This document shows, piece after piece, positions 12,541 through 20,147 of a stretch of 32,000 nucleotides of DNA. How positions within the stretch are numbered: the first letter of the stretch is position 1; every line of letters begins with the position of its first letter. The stretch is taken from the NCBI RefSeq assembly GCF_000015225.1, contig NC_008698.1, positions 360,001 through 392,000 on the forward strand, given 5' to 3'. This DNA comes from Thermofilum pendens Hrk 5. Its GTDB lineage: Archaea > Thermoproteota > Thermoprotei > Thermofilales > Thermofilaceae. Below the pieces are notes generated by a model, which saw only the letters and a list, made by a program, of their open reading frames with translations, was not told the origin of the DNA and ran no database searches. The translations under genes were made by a program, and so were the position numbers.

Positions 12541-13899
12541 ATGTGGTCCATGCTCTACCTGCTCAGAAACAACCCGGAGAAGCTCATAGAAAACATGAAA
12601 GCGCGCTTCATGGATCCCTCCCTAGTTGAAAACGCGATAAAACTCGACGTCGAGTGGAGGGCGAAGAAAAAGGAGTACGACGAGCTAAAGCACAGGCTGA
12701 ACGAAGTATCCGCCAAGGTGAGAAGCTCTACTGGGCAGGAAAGAGAGAAGCTCATCCTCGAAGCCAGGGAGCTCAGCTCCAAGGTAAGCCTGCTCGAGAA
12801 GGAGCTCGCAGAGCTGGAGGCTAAGCGCGAGCTAGCTCTAAGGCGGCTACCGAACGTCATACACGAGAGCGTGCCGATAGGCCCCGACGAGACATTTAAC
12901 AAGCCCGTGCGGTACTGGGGTAGACCCAAGGTTTTCCGCGAGCACCTGGAGGGCTTCCTCAAGGAGACGAAGGAGAAGGGCTTCGTGGTAGACTACGAAG
13001 TCCTGGACTGGAAGCCGCTCGGGCACGCGGAGTTCCTCGAGAGTAAAGGTCTAACCAATACCTTGAAGGCTGCGGAAGTAGCCGGTGCCCGGTTCTACTA
13101 CATGTTCAACGACTTGGTCTGGCTCGCCATAGCCTTGGAGCTCTACGCCCTAGAATACCTGGCAGGCAAAGGCTTCACCATACTCCTGCCACCCCTCATG
13201 CTGAGACGCGAGATCCTGGAGGGCGTAGTAAGCTTCGACGACTTCAAGGACATGATATACAAGATCGACGGAGAGGACCTCTACCTAATAGGAACCGCCG
13301 AGCACCCCATAGCAGCGCTACACGCCGGCGAGGTTTTAGCCGAGAAGGAGTTACCGCTCCTCTACGCCGGTGTAAGCGAGTCTTTCAGGAAGGAGGCGGG
13401 CGCTCACGGAAAAGACACTAAGGGAATTTTCCGTGTCCACCACTTTGAGAAGGTGGAGCAGTTCGTCTTCTCCCACCCGGACGAGTCCTGGGAGTGGCAC
13501 GAGAAGCTCATCAGGAACGCCGAAGAGCTCTGGCAGGGTCTCGAGATACCGTACAGAATCGTCAACATAGCGTCCGGCGACCTGGGCGTCGTAGCAGCTA
13601 AGAAGTACGACCTAGAGGCTTGGATGCCTGCCCAGGGGAAATACCGGGAAATGGTCTCCTGTAGCAACTGCACGGATTGGCAAAGCTACAGGCTTAACAT
13701 AAGGTACGCCGAGGTTAGGGGCGGCCCCTCCAAGGGCTACGTACACACGCTCAACAGCACAGCTCTAGCGATTCAAAGAACCATCACGGCGATAGTCGAG
13801 AACCACCAGACCCCCGACGGCTACGTAAAAGTGCCTAAAGCCCTCCACAAGTACCTCGAACCCTTCGAGAACCACTTCAGGGTCCTGGTGCTCAAGTAA
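12541..13899 (+). CDS. serS: seryl-tRNA synthetase
   Basis: 452 aa. It has an N-terminal coiled-coil arm (LRNNPEKLIENMKAR ... LEKELAELEAKRE) and class II motifs (FRKEAGAHGKDTKGIFRVHHFEKVEQF, TLNSTALAIQRTITAIVENHQ). An alternative start is the ATG at 12550. Confidence 0.95.
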   Translation: MWSMLYLLRNNPEKLIENMKARFMDPSLVENAIKLDVEWRAKKKEYDELKHRLNEVSAKVRSSTGQEREKLILEARELSSKVSLLEKELAELEAKRELALRRLPNVIHESVPIGPDETFNKPVRYWGRPKVFREHLEGFLKETKEKGFVVDYEVLDWKPLGHAEFLESKGLTNTLKAAEVAGARFYYMFNDLVWLAIALELYALEYLAGKGFTILLPPLMLRREILEGVVSFDDFKDMIYKIDGEDLYLIGTAEHPIAALHAGEVLAEKELPLLYAGVSESFRKEAGAHGKDTKGIFRVHHFEKVEQFVFSHPDESWEWHEKLIRNAEELWQGLEIPYRIVNIASGDLGVVAAKKYDLEAWMPAQGKYREMVSCSNCTDWQSYRLNIRYAEVRGGPSKGYVHTLNSTALAIQRTITAIVENHQTPDGYVKVPKALHKYLEPFENHFRVLVLK

Positions 13900-13982
13900 C
13901 GCGTAGAGCAGAGATATCCTCAAGCCCTGTTGAAAAGAGAAAGATTAATAGATACGAAAACGCTGTAGCACATTGATGCTGT

Positions 13983-14381
13983 ATGAGCACGCGCCCTGAG
14001 GAGGCAGGAAACATCAAAGTAGGCTCCTTCATAGTAATAGACGGCGAGCCGTGCAAAGTAGTCGAAGTAGAGAAAAGCAAGACAGGCAAGCACGGATCGG
14101 CAAAGGCCAGGATTGTCGGGATAGGGTTCTTCGACGGCGGCAAGAGAAGCATAGTCGTGCCCACAGACGCGAGGGTAGAGGTACCCATAATCAAGAAATT
14201 CACCGCGCAGGTAGTGGCTTTCGTTGGCGACAACGTACAGCTAATGAACCTAGAGGACTACTCAACATTTGAAATTCCGATGCCCCAAGAGGAGGAGATA
14301 AAGTCCAAGCTAAGCGAAGGCGTAGAGGTAGAAGTCTGGGAGGTCATGGGTAGACACAAGATCATGAGGGTACGTGCCTAG
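13983..14381 (+). CDS. eif5a: translation initiation factor 5A (aIF5A)
   Basis: 132 aa with the hypusination loop [15 protein letters not shown] and a TATA-like AAGATTAATAGA about 35 nt upstream. Confidence 0.95.
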   Translation: MSTRPEEAGNIKVGSFIVIDGEPCKVVEVEKSKTGKHGSAKARIVGIGFFDGGKRSIVVPTDARVEVPIIKKFTAQVVAFVGDNVQLMNLEDYSTFEIPMPQEEEIKSKLSEGVEVEVWEVMGRHKIMRVRA

Positions 14382-14427
14382 GCACGGTAGAGCACGTGAT
14401 GAGCCAGGCAGAGGAGAGCCTCCTGCG

Positions 14428-14934
14428 ATGACCGAGATCTTGAGTGCTGATGGCACCCAGAAGGAGTGTTTGTGCACGAGAGGCGTAGTGGGAGGGACTT
14501 TTTCTCTTCTTCACAGGGGTCATCGTAGGCTTCTGCGTTTCGCGCTTCTCTGTTCGCAGGAGCTCCTGGTCGGCGTTACCAGCGACGAGTACGTCAAGGA
14601 ACGTGGAAAAAGCCACCCGGTGGAGCCTTACGAGGTTAGAGCCCTCTCCGTGCTGACCTTCCTTAAGACCGTGGACCCTTCGCGCCCAGTAGCCATAGTG
14701 CCTATAGACGACGAATACGGGCCCGCTACTAGCGATCCTTGCGCTGATTGCATCTTTGTAAGCGAGGAAACGTTTCCCGGGGCTGTTAAAGTAAACATGC
14801 TGAGAAGGCTCCGCGGCCTCCCGCCTTTAAAGATATTCGCGGTAGAGCTCGTAACTGTGGAAGGCGTGCGGTTATCGAGCACGTACCTATGGGAGCGGTT
14901 GCAGAGGAAGAGAGGCTCCGCGCGCACCGAGTAG
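14428..14934 (+). CDS. coaD: phosphopantetheine adenylyltransferase, archaeal type (cytidylyltransferase-like)
   Basis: The GGTFSLLHRGHRRLL nucleotidyltransferase (H/T)xGH motif lies near the N-terminus. The ATG at 14428 is preferred. The ORF track's start at 14374 would overlap the end of aIF5A. Confidence 0.75.
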   Translation: MTEILSADGTQKECLCTRGVVGGTFSLLHRGHRRLLRFALLCSQELLVGVTSDEYVKERGKSHPVEPYEVRALSVLTFLKTVDPSRPVAIVPIDDEYGPATSDPCADCIFVSEETFPGAVKVNMLRRLRGLPPLKIFAVELVTVEGVRLSSTYLWERLQRKRGSARTE

Positions 14935-14953
14935 TCGCCCCGGAGGGCACTCC

Positions 14954-15196
14954 CTATCGTTGTCTCGCGCGTGCAAGCTTTCTGCGCAAAGCCTCTGCCG
15001 CTACAGCCATCAGTAACACCCACGTGAACAGGAGGAGGACTCCGAGGAGCCCTCTCACGAGGCTGTTCGCCACCTTTAGGGCTACGTTCTCGACTATCAG
15101 CAGGAAAGCGATGAGCTCTAGCCATGCCAGTAGCACTAGAGAGGACAACACTACGACGGCTCTAACTTTTCCTGAAATGACACCCACGCGCATCAC
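14954..15196 (-). CDS. small hypothetical membrane protein (two predicted TM helices)
   Basis: 80-aa ORF whose start overlaps the stop of the upstream GT4 gene by 4 nt (15193-15196), suggesting translational coupling. Hydrophobic stretches are VVVLSSLVLLAWLELIAFLLIV and LLGVLLLFTWVLLMAVAA. Confidence 0.5.
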   Translation of the reverse strand: MMRVGVISGKVRAVVVLSSLVLLAWLELIAFLLIVENVALKVANSLVRGLLGVLLLFTWVLLMAVAAEALRRKLARARQR

Positions 15197-16218
15197 CTTG
15201 GCGTCAATACGTACGACGCGACTGCGAGCACAGCGGCGACGACCTCGACCGCGATGTACACCTTCGCGACTTCTTTTTCCGTCATGGGTCCGCCTACGCT
15301 CAGGATCAGGCGTGTAAGGGTTAGCGGGGCTTTGGGGTCGTCGCTTGCCTTTAAGATACCGTTCTCCACCCGTATAGGCCTAGCCTTGACCTCTCTGTGC
15401 TCGCGTAGCCCCCTAAAGCTTACGACGACGAAGAAGCCGTTGAGTATGTGGGGCAGTAGTAGCGTTAGCACGACGAATTCTAGGTGGAAGACCACCGCTA
15501 TGGCTCCCAGGAGCCCACCGATGAACAGGCTTCCGCTGTCCCCGTTGAACACCCTGGCTGGGTACGCGTTGAAGGGGTAGTAGGCCAGGAGTATTGCCAC
15601 CGCTACGAGTGCTATCACTAGGAGAAGGCCGTCACCCGACAGGGCGCCGATGACTGCTAGCGCAGCAAAGGCTACGAGGGCGGTTCCGGGCACTATGCCG
15701 TTGAGTACGTCGAGCATGTTTACGACGTTGGCGGAGCCTGCTATGGAGATCGGGAAGAGAACCCAGTATATCACGGTCATCCTCATCCTACCGATTATGG
15801 GGACTACCGGCCTTCCCCAGTCTATAGCCGCGGGGTACGTCAGGGCGACTACGAGTATGGGTATTATCGAGAGGGCAGTGAGAAAGGTCTTGAGCACCCC
15901 CTTTAAAACCAGCTTGTCGTCCAGTAGGCCTACCGCGAAGCAGAGAGCCGACGTTGCCAGTACGGCTAGAAGCTTCACCTTCTCGGAGAAACCCAGCCCT
16001 CCGAAGGCTATCAGCAGAGAAAAGGAGAGTAGAAAGCCCAGGAAGAGGATAACCCCTCCGCTGTGCGCCACGAGGGGGTTACCGGGTTTATGCGCGTCCG
16101 GTCTTCTAAGCCCCGCCTTGAAAAGTGCCCGGATAAGGCTCGGCGCCGATAACCTTACGACCAGGTATCCGAGAATGGAGGAAGCAACGCCGTACACGAG
16201 GTAGTCTGGATACGCCAC
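15193..16218 (-). CDS. UDP-GlcNAc:dolichyl-phosphate GlcNAc-1-phosphate transferase-like (MraY/WecA/AglH GT4 family)
   Basis: 341-aa polytopic membrane protein with NVVNMLDVLNGIVPG and FNGDSGSLFIGGLLG, both characteristic of polyprenyl-phosphate N-acetylhexosamine-1-P transferases. Confidence 0.8.
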   Translation of the reverse strand: MAYPDYLVYGVASSILGYLVVRLSAPSLIRALFKAGLRRPDAHKPGNPLVAHSGGVILFLGFLLSFSLLIAFGGLGFSEKVKLLAVLATSALCFAVGLLDDKLVLKGVLKTFLTALSIIPILVVALTYPAAIDWGRPVVPIIGRMRMTVIYWVLFPISIAGSANVVNMLDVLNGIVPGTALVAFAALAVIGALSGDGLLLVIALVAVAILLAYYPFNAYPARVFNGDSGSLFIGGLLGAIAVVFHLEFVVLTLLLPHILNGFFVVVSFRGLREHREVKARPIRVENGILKASDDPKAPLTLTRLILSVGGPMTEKEVAKVYIAVEVVAAVLAVASYVLTPR

Positions 16219-16231
16219 CCCGAGCCACCCC

Positions 16232-17218
16232 TCACGCGATACCGGCCTCGTGCGCCAAGTAGCCTAAGATCAAAGGCAGTATCACCGTTACGTCTCCTGG
16301 AACCGTTACGTGCCTAGCCTCGGGCTTGATCTTCCCCCACGATACCGCCTCCCTGGTCCTAGCGCCGCTGAGGCTCCCGTCCCACTCGGGGGTAGACGTT
16401 ATCTGTACGGCGTAGTCGAGCCCTCCCCTGAACTGCGCCCACCATATCAAGTGGTGCTTGGATATCCCGCCGCCGAGCATCAACCCTGCGAGCTTCTCGG
16501 CCTCGTACATGTAGTCGGCTATCCTCCTCTCATCGGAGATGAGATCCAGCTCCACGAACCTAGCCGTGCTCGACGCCCTAGCCTTATCGTTAAACGTGAC
16601 TATCGCCGTGCCGAAGGCCGAGTCGAGAACCCCCGGCGAGACCAGAAGCCTGCCCTTCTCGTACACCGCCCTGAGTATCGACAGCTCGTCGCGAAGCCTT
16701 TTCCCGCTTTCCACTGCTAGCTCGGAGGGGCTCCAGCTAGACTTTAAGGCTGAGAGTTCCTCGAGCATCTCGTGGGTAAACCGCTCTATCGGGGGCCCGT
16801 AGTTCTCAACCGGTATCAGTATGTTCCCGAGCCTGTGGATGCCCAGCTCCTTCAGGAAAACGTCGTCGATCTCGAAGCGCCCCACGTAGTACTTGTGCCC
16901 AGTGCCCCTGGCGATATCGTGGTCGAAAGTACCCCCCGTAGTAACCACTAGGTCCAGCAGACCCCTTCGGATAGAGTCCGCTATGAGCCCTCTAAGCCCC
17001 GTAGCTACGAGGTTCGCGGGGAAAGCCACGGCTATCCTACCGCCGCCAGAGTATGCCTCCCAGAGTAGCTCGGCGGCCTCGACGATGTACCGCGCCGAGA
17101 AGCCCCCGAGCCTCCTATACGACTTCAACACCTTAACGGAGCACTCCGAGACGTCGGCGAGCCTTAAATCCTCCACAGCCTCCCCTAGAAGCGAGGCGCG
17201 GATCTTCTCCTTCTCCAT
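16232..17218 (-). CDS. dys: deoxyhypusine synthase
   Basis: 328 aa. FPANLVATGLRGLIADSIRRGLLDLVVTTGGTFDHDI and GGGISKHH are typical of the DHS family. Confidence 0.93.
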   Translation of the reverse strand: MEKEKIRASLLGEAVEDLRLADVSECSVKVLKSYRRLGGFSARYIVEAAELLWEAYSGGGRIAVAFPANLVATGLRGLIADSIRRGLLDLVVTTGGTFDHDIARGTGHKYYVGRFEIDDVFLKELGIHRLGNILIPVENYGPPIERFTHEMLEELSALKSSWSPSELAVESGKRLRDELSILRAVYEKGRLLVSPGVLDSAFGTAIVTFNDKARASSTARFVELDLISDERRIADYMYEAEKLAGLMLGGGISKHHLIWWAQFRGGLDYAVQITSTPEWDGSLSGARTREAVSWGKIKPEARHVTVPGDVTVILPLILGYLAHEAGIA

Positions 17219-17239
17219 GGCTCAAGCCCCTCTCGCACC

Positions 17240-17458
17240 CTACCTGACCTTTACGCTGTACGCTCCTTTTTGCTTTAACGAGAGCAGTTTAGCGGCCTCC
17301 GACTTTTCCGGGTCAATGACCGCTACGAACCCATCCCAGTCGTCGGTAAACTCCCTGGAACCGCACACAGGGCAAACATCCACAGAGTCTTCTACCAGGG
17401 CTTTACACTTTACACAAGCCTTTAACGGTAGTCTACGCTTTGCCGGCACCCTGGCCAC
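17240..17458 (-). CDS. spt4: transcription elongation factor Spt4 / RNA polymerase subunit E''
   Basis: Zinc ribbon ACVKCKALV...CPVCGS followed by DDWDGFVAVIDPEKSEAAKLL. The gene sits directly downstream of rpoE' (overlap at 17433-17458), the conserved archaeal arrangement. Confidence 0.85.
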   Translation of the reverse strand: MARVPAKRRLPLKACVKCKALVEDSVDVCPVCGSREFTDDWDGFVAVIDPEKSEAAKLLSLKQKGAYSVKVR

Positions 17459-18020
17459 CCGCCTTACTCTTCTCTATCATTTCCATGATGAACTCTCTTT
17501 TGCCCAGGTAGGGTTGCCGCATGGTCAGCCTGATCTTCAACTGACCCCTCTGCTCATCGTAGCTTACACCGACAACCCTCCCCCTCACCACGTCGCCCTT
17601 CCTAATCGTCCGGGTACCTTTCTCGTCCTGGATGATGACTACGCCGTTCTCCCTATCGTAGGTTATGTTCCTGGAGGGGTATATCTGCGACTTGTGCACA
17701 AAGCCCTCCACGGGGCCTAGCCGGACCGTCAGCCCGATATTCTCCACCAAGTCAACCTCGCCTTCGACAACCTCGTTGTTTACAGGGCTAAAAACGAGCG
17801 CCGTAAACCTTGCCTCGTGGTAGCTCGCCCCGTCGCCCCACGTCAGAAAACCTTCCTCCGAGACCTCAGCATCGAGTATGGAGATAACGAGCCCGACGCC
17901 TTGTACTACGCGTCCCTCGAAGCTTTCCTTTAGAATTTCCAGTGAAGCCTCTTTCAACGGCTGTCCAAACAGCCTGGGCGGTATCCTTATCACATCGGCA
18001 AACTCTACTAACTTATACAC
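17433..18020 (-). CDS. rpoE: DNA-directed RNA polymerase subunit E' (Rpo7)
   Basis: A GTG at 18020 gives (M)YKLVEFADVIRIPPRLFG..., the canonical Rpo7 N-terminus, followed by a C-terminal S1-like domain. The extra 27 codons up to 18101 in the ORF track do not look like Rpo7. Confidence 0.88.
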   Translation of the reverse strand: MYKLVEFADVIRIPPRLFGQPLKEASLEILKESFEGRVVQGVGLVISILDAEVSEEGFLTWGDGASYHEARFTALVFSPVNNEVVEGEVDLVENIGLTVRLGPVEGFVHKSQIYPSRNITYDRENGVVIIQDEKGTRTIRKGDVVRGRVVGVSYDEQRGQLKIRLTMRQPYLGKREFIMEMIEKSKAGGQGAGKA

Positions 18021-18274
18021 AAGCCAATTCGAAGAACGCGCAGTAAAAAAGATTACGCATCGCGCGGAGGAGGCCGGGACGCCTTTCCCTGGTGGTCTCA
18101 TGCTTTAGCGCCTTGGTCCCCCAGCTTTCTGAGCGCCTCCTCTCTCGCCTTCTTTAGGCGTTCCAGGAGGCGCTCTACGCTCGGGCCTTACTGAATGATC
18201 GAGAGGTATAGCTTCGCGCGCTGGAAGAGCCTGTGTGCACGTGAGGCGCGCGCCGCTGGAGTCTAGGATAGGAT

Positions 18275-18286
18275 AGAAAAACATAA
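18275..18286 (+). promoter_or_regulatory. TATA-like element for the SRP RNA gene
   Basis: AGAAAAACATAA is centred about 27 nt upstream of the first paired nucleotide of the SRP RNA (18309). Confidence 0.4.
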
Positions 18287-18308
18287 TTCACTCCTGGTGT
18301 TATTAGTT

Positions 18309-18635
18309 ATGCCCGGCGGGAAAGCCCCGGGGGGCTAGCCCTCCCCTGTAACCACAAACGGGCTTAGGGTGGGGGGCGTCAACCTCCGGGGGCGCCCGGC
18401 CTTCCCTATGGGTGCCCGGGTCGCCAGATGATGCCCGTGCCCACGGGACGCCTCGTCCGTGCACGGCTCCTCGTAGGAGGAGGCCGAGCACGGTAGAGGC
18501 CGAACCGGGTTAGGCCCGGGAGGGAGCGGCCCTAAGGCCTCCGAGGCGTGTTCGTGGATTCGCGGGCGGATGTAGCGGCCCGGGAGAGCCCATGGGGTGC
18601 GGGCCGGGCCACCCTGGAGGGATGCCGCCGGGCAT
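18309..18635 (+). ncRNA. signal recognition particle RNA (7S RNA)
   Basis: The termini pair (ATGCCCGGCGG at 18309-18319 with CCGCCGGGCAT at 18625-18635). The Alu-domain loop motif CCCCUGUAACC is at 18343-18353. The helix-8-like AGGCCCGGGAGGGAGCGGCC at 18512-18531 resembles the conserved AGGUCCGGAAGGAAGCAGCC of 4.5S/7S RNAs. The region is very GC-rich and has no credible CDS. Confidence 0.85.
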
Positions 18636-18661
18636 TACTACCCGTTCTCTCGTGGATCGAA

Positions 18662-18675
18662 CCTCTTTTTAGAGG
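18662..18675 (+). terminator. hairpin plus T5 tract downstream of SRP RNA
   Basis: CCTCT-TTTT-AGAGG stem-loop containing an oligo-T run, about 30 nt after the SRP RNA terminal helix. Confidence 0.4.
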
Positions 18676-18682
18676 GTTTCGT

Positions 18683-18692
18683 CAAAAATATG
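18683..18692 (+). promoter_or_regulatory. TATA-like element for the RNase P RNA gene
   Basis: CAAAAATATG is centred about 27 nt upstream of 18715. Confidence 0.45.
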
Positions 18693-18714
18693 AGCTTGTG
18701 TAACGTAGCATAGT

Positions 18715-19028
18715 GGGGGCCGAGTGGTCCGGCGGGCGGCCGCCGGCCTACCCCGGCGACGGGGTAGGCTGAGGAACCCCCTCCCACCGCGGCCCCGCAA
18801 CCGCGTAAGCGGGTCGGCGAGACGCCGAGGACCGGCGAAAGCCTCCACCGTGCATGGGTATGACCCTCCACGGGTGGAGGCGACGACGCGGTGGATGTGC
18901 GTGGAAAGCCGGTCCTGCGGGGGTTAGGGTCAAGCAGGGCCTGTGAGGCGCCGCGGCGAGGTCCGGGTGGACCCCTAGACGGATGCCGCCTAAACAGAAG
19001 AGGGGGTACGACTGGCCACTCGGCTCCC
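18715..19028 (+). ncRNA. rnpB: RNase P RNA (type A-like)
   Basis: P1 forms between GGGGGCCGAGUGG (18715-18727) and CCACUCGGCUCCC (19016-19028). A P4/CR-I-like GAGGAACCCCCUCC is at 18771-18784, and the 3' strand ACAGAAGAGGGGGUAC is at 18994-19009 (compare the conserved ACAGAA...GGCUUA). The region is GC-rich and highly self-complementary. Confidence 0.8.
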
Positions 19029-19073
19029 TTGACGTGACGTTTATCTACGCACGGCGTAGGAGGGATTGAAGCT

Positions 19074-20036
19074 ATGTCCTCGGAGTTAACGGTGCTCGAC
19101 CTATTCGCGGGTGCTGGGGGGTTTAGCAGGGGCTTCGCCGAGGAAGGCTTCAGCATTGTGGGCGCGGTCGAGGTAGACCCTCTCGCCGCTGAAGCCTTTA
19201 GGCTCAACTTTCCGGGAGCGAGGGTCTTCGAGGAGGACGTGAGGGAGGTGCATTCGAGGGACATCCTCCTAGGCCTCGGCTTTAGGCCCAGGGTGATCAT
19301 AGGTGGACCGCCCTGCGAGGCCTACTCGCGCGCGAACCCGAGGCGCGAGCGGGAGCCGCTGGACAGGCTGTACAAGGACCCTGTGGGGAGCCTCGTGCTC
19401 CACTATATACGCATCGTGGGGGACCTCGAGCCGGAGGTCTTCGTGATGGAGAACGTCCCCGGGATACTCGACGAGGGGCTCGGGGAGGTGCTACGGGAGG
19501 AGTTCTCCAGGGTCGGCTACCACGACGTTTACTTCAATGTGCTCGTCGCCGAGCATTACGGCACGCCCTCCCACAGGGTCAGGGTGTTTATTTCAAACAA
19601 GAGGATAAGCCCCCCTAAGACCGGGAAGACTATAACCGTGTGGGACGCGATAGGGGACCTCCCCCCGCCCGACCCCTACTACGAGATACCCAACCACGAG
19701 CCCGTCACGCTGAGCGCCGGGAAGGCGAAGAGGGTGGCTAAGCTCAGGTGGGGGGAGGCGCTCGTACACTACAGGGGTTACGGCGGGCGCGTACTGCGAA
19801 ACCTGGTACGCCTGCACCCGTACAGGGTTGCACCCACGGTGATGGGTTCTTCGAGGTTCGTGCACCCATTCGAGAACCGGTTACTGACTGTTCGCGAACA
19901 GGCTAGGCTTATGGGGTTCCCGGATACGCACGTGTTCGTAGGTAGCAAGGAGGCGCAGTTCAACCAGGTGGGCGAAGCTGTCCCAGTCCCCCTCGCTAGA
20001 GCCATTGCACGCGAAGTCAAAAAGACGCTCTTATAG
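19074..20036 (+). CDS. DNA (cytosine-5)-methyltransferase
   Basis: 320 aa with C5-MTase motifs in canonical order: I LDLFAGAGGFSRGF, IV GGPPCEAYSRAN, VI ENVPGIL, VIII RVRVFISN, IX LTVREQARLMGFPDTHVF and X NQVGEAVPVPLARAIA. Confidence 0.9.
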   Translation: MSSELTVLDLFAGAGGFSRGFAEEGFSIVGAVEVDPLAAEAFRLNFPGARVFEEDVREVHSRDILLGLGFRPRVIIGGPPCEAYSRANPRREREPLDRLYKDPVGSLVLHYIRIVGDLEPEVFVMENVPGILDEGLGEVLREEFSRVGYHDVYFNVLVAEHYGTPSHRVRVFISNKRISPPKTGKTITVWDAIGDLPPPDPYYEIPNHEPVTLSAGKAKRVAKLRWGEALVHYRGYGGRVLRNLVRLHPYRVAPTVMGSSRFVHPFENRLLTVREQARLMGFPDTHVFVGSKEAQFNQVGEAVPVPLARAIAREVKKTLL

Positions 20037-20067
20037 CGCGCGCTAGGTTCCGAAAAAGGTTTTCTCG

Positions 20068-20140
20068 CTCCTCGGTTTACAAACATGGAAGAAAGCTGAA
20101 AACGAGGGCCTCCCCGGTTTACAAATTCAGGGAAAAAGAA
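20068..20140 (+). repeat. tandem ~42-bp repeat carrying two GGTTTACAAA motifs (left border of unit A)
   Basis: GGTTTACAAAC is at 20074-20084 and GGTTTACAAAT at 20116-20126. Each is preceded by CCTC and followed by a purine-rich GGRAGAAAG-like tract. Confidence 0.85.
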
Positions 20141-20147
20141 TGAGTTT

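Noticed and set aside
12555-14233. Antisense ORFs inside serS and aIF5A (12555-12962, 13404-13673, 13892-14233), and similar antisense ORFs inside other confidently identified genes.
   Set aside because: They are Ser/Leu/Thr-rich mirror-frame translations of strongly supported genes, with no independent support.
14374-14385. Perfect 12-nt palindrome GTGCCTAGGCAC spanning the aIF5A stop codon.
   Set aside because: It is short and could be a minor hairpin at the gene boundary. There is no supporting repeat or conservation evidence within the window.
14396-14450. Possible C/D-box sRNA, with a perfect C box GTGATGA (14396-14402), a C'-like GCGATGA (14425-14431) and a D box CTGA (14447-14450).
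   Set aside because: There is no D' box at the expected 12-nt distance. The C'-to-D spacing is 15 nt rather than about 12. There is no terminal stem, and the region overlaps the probable PPAT start codon.
17433-18101. The 222-aa version of the RpoE' ORF starting at ATG 18101.
   Set aside because: The extra N-terminal 27 residues (MRPPGKGVPASSARCVIFFTARSSNWL) are unlike Rpo7. The in-frame GTG at 18020 gives the canonical MYKLVEF... N-terminus.
18104-18190. Helical-looking minus-strand reading frame GPSVERLLERLKKAREEALRKLGDQGAKA*, ending in a TGA that overlaps the ATG at 18101. It vaguely recalls the cassette protein C-terminus (ELVERLEKLG).
   Set aside because: It has no ATG, GTG or TTG start, there is an in-frame TAA directly upstream, and it shows no DNA similarity to the cassettes. 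It is most likely non-coding 5' region of rpoE' or an old remnant.
18303-19300. ORFs 18303-18491(-), 18638-19300(-), 18724-18927(+) and 18748-18933(-).
   Set aside because: They overlap the SRP RNA and RNase P RNA genes. They have Arg/Pro/Gly-rich low-complexity translations, and the 220-aa ORF also runs antisense into the start of the methyltransferase.
20068-20140. The tandem 42-bp repeats, considered as a possible mini-CRISPR array.
   Set aside because: There are only two repeat copies per locus, the conserved core is about 11 nt, the spacers are homologous between the two loci, and no cas genes or leader are present.
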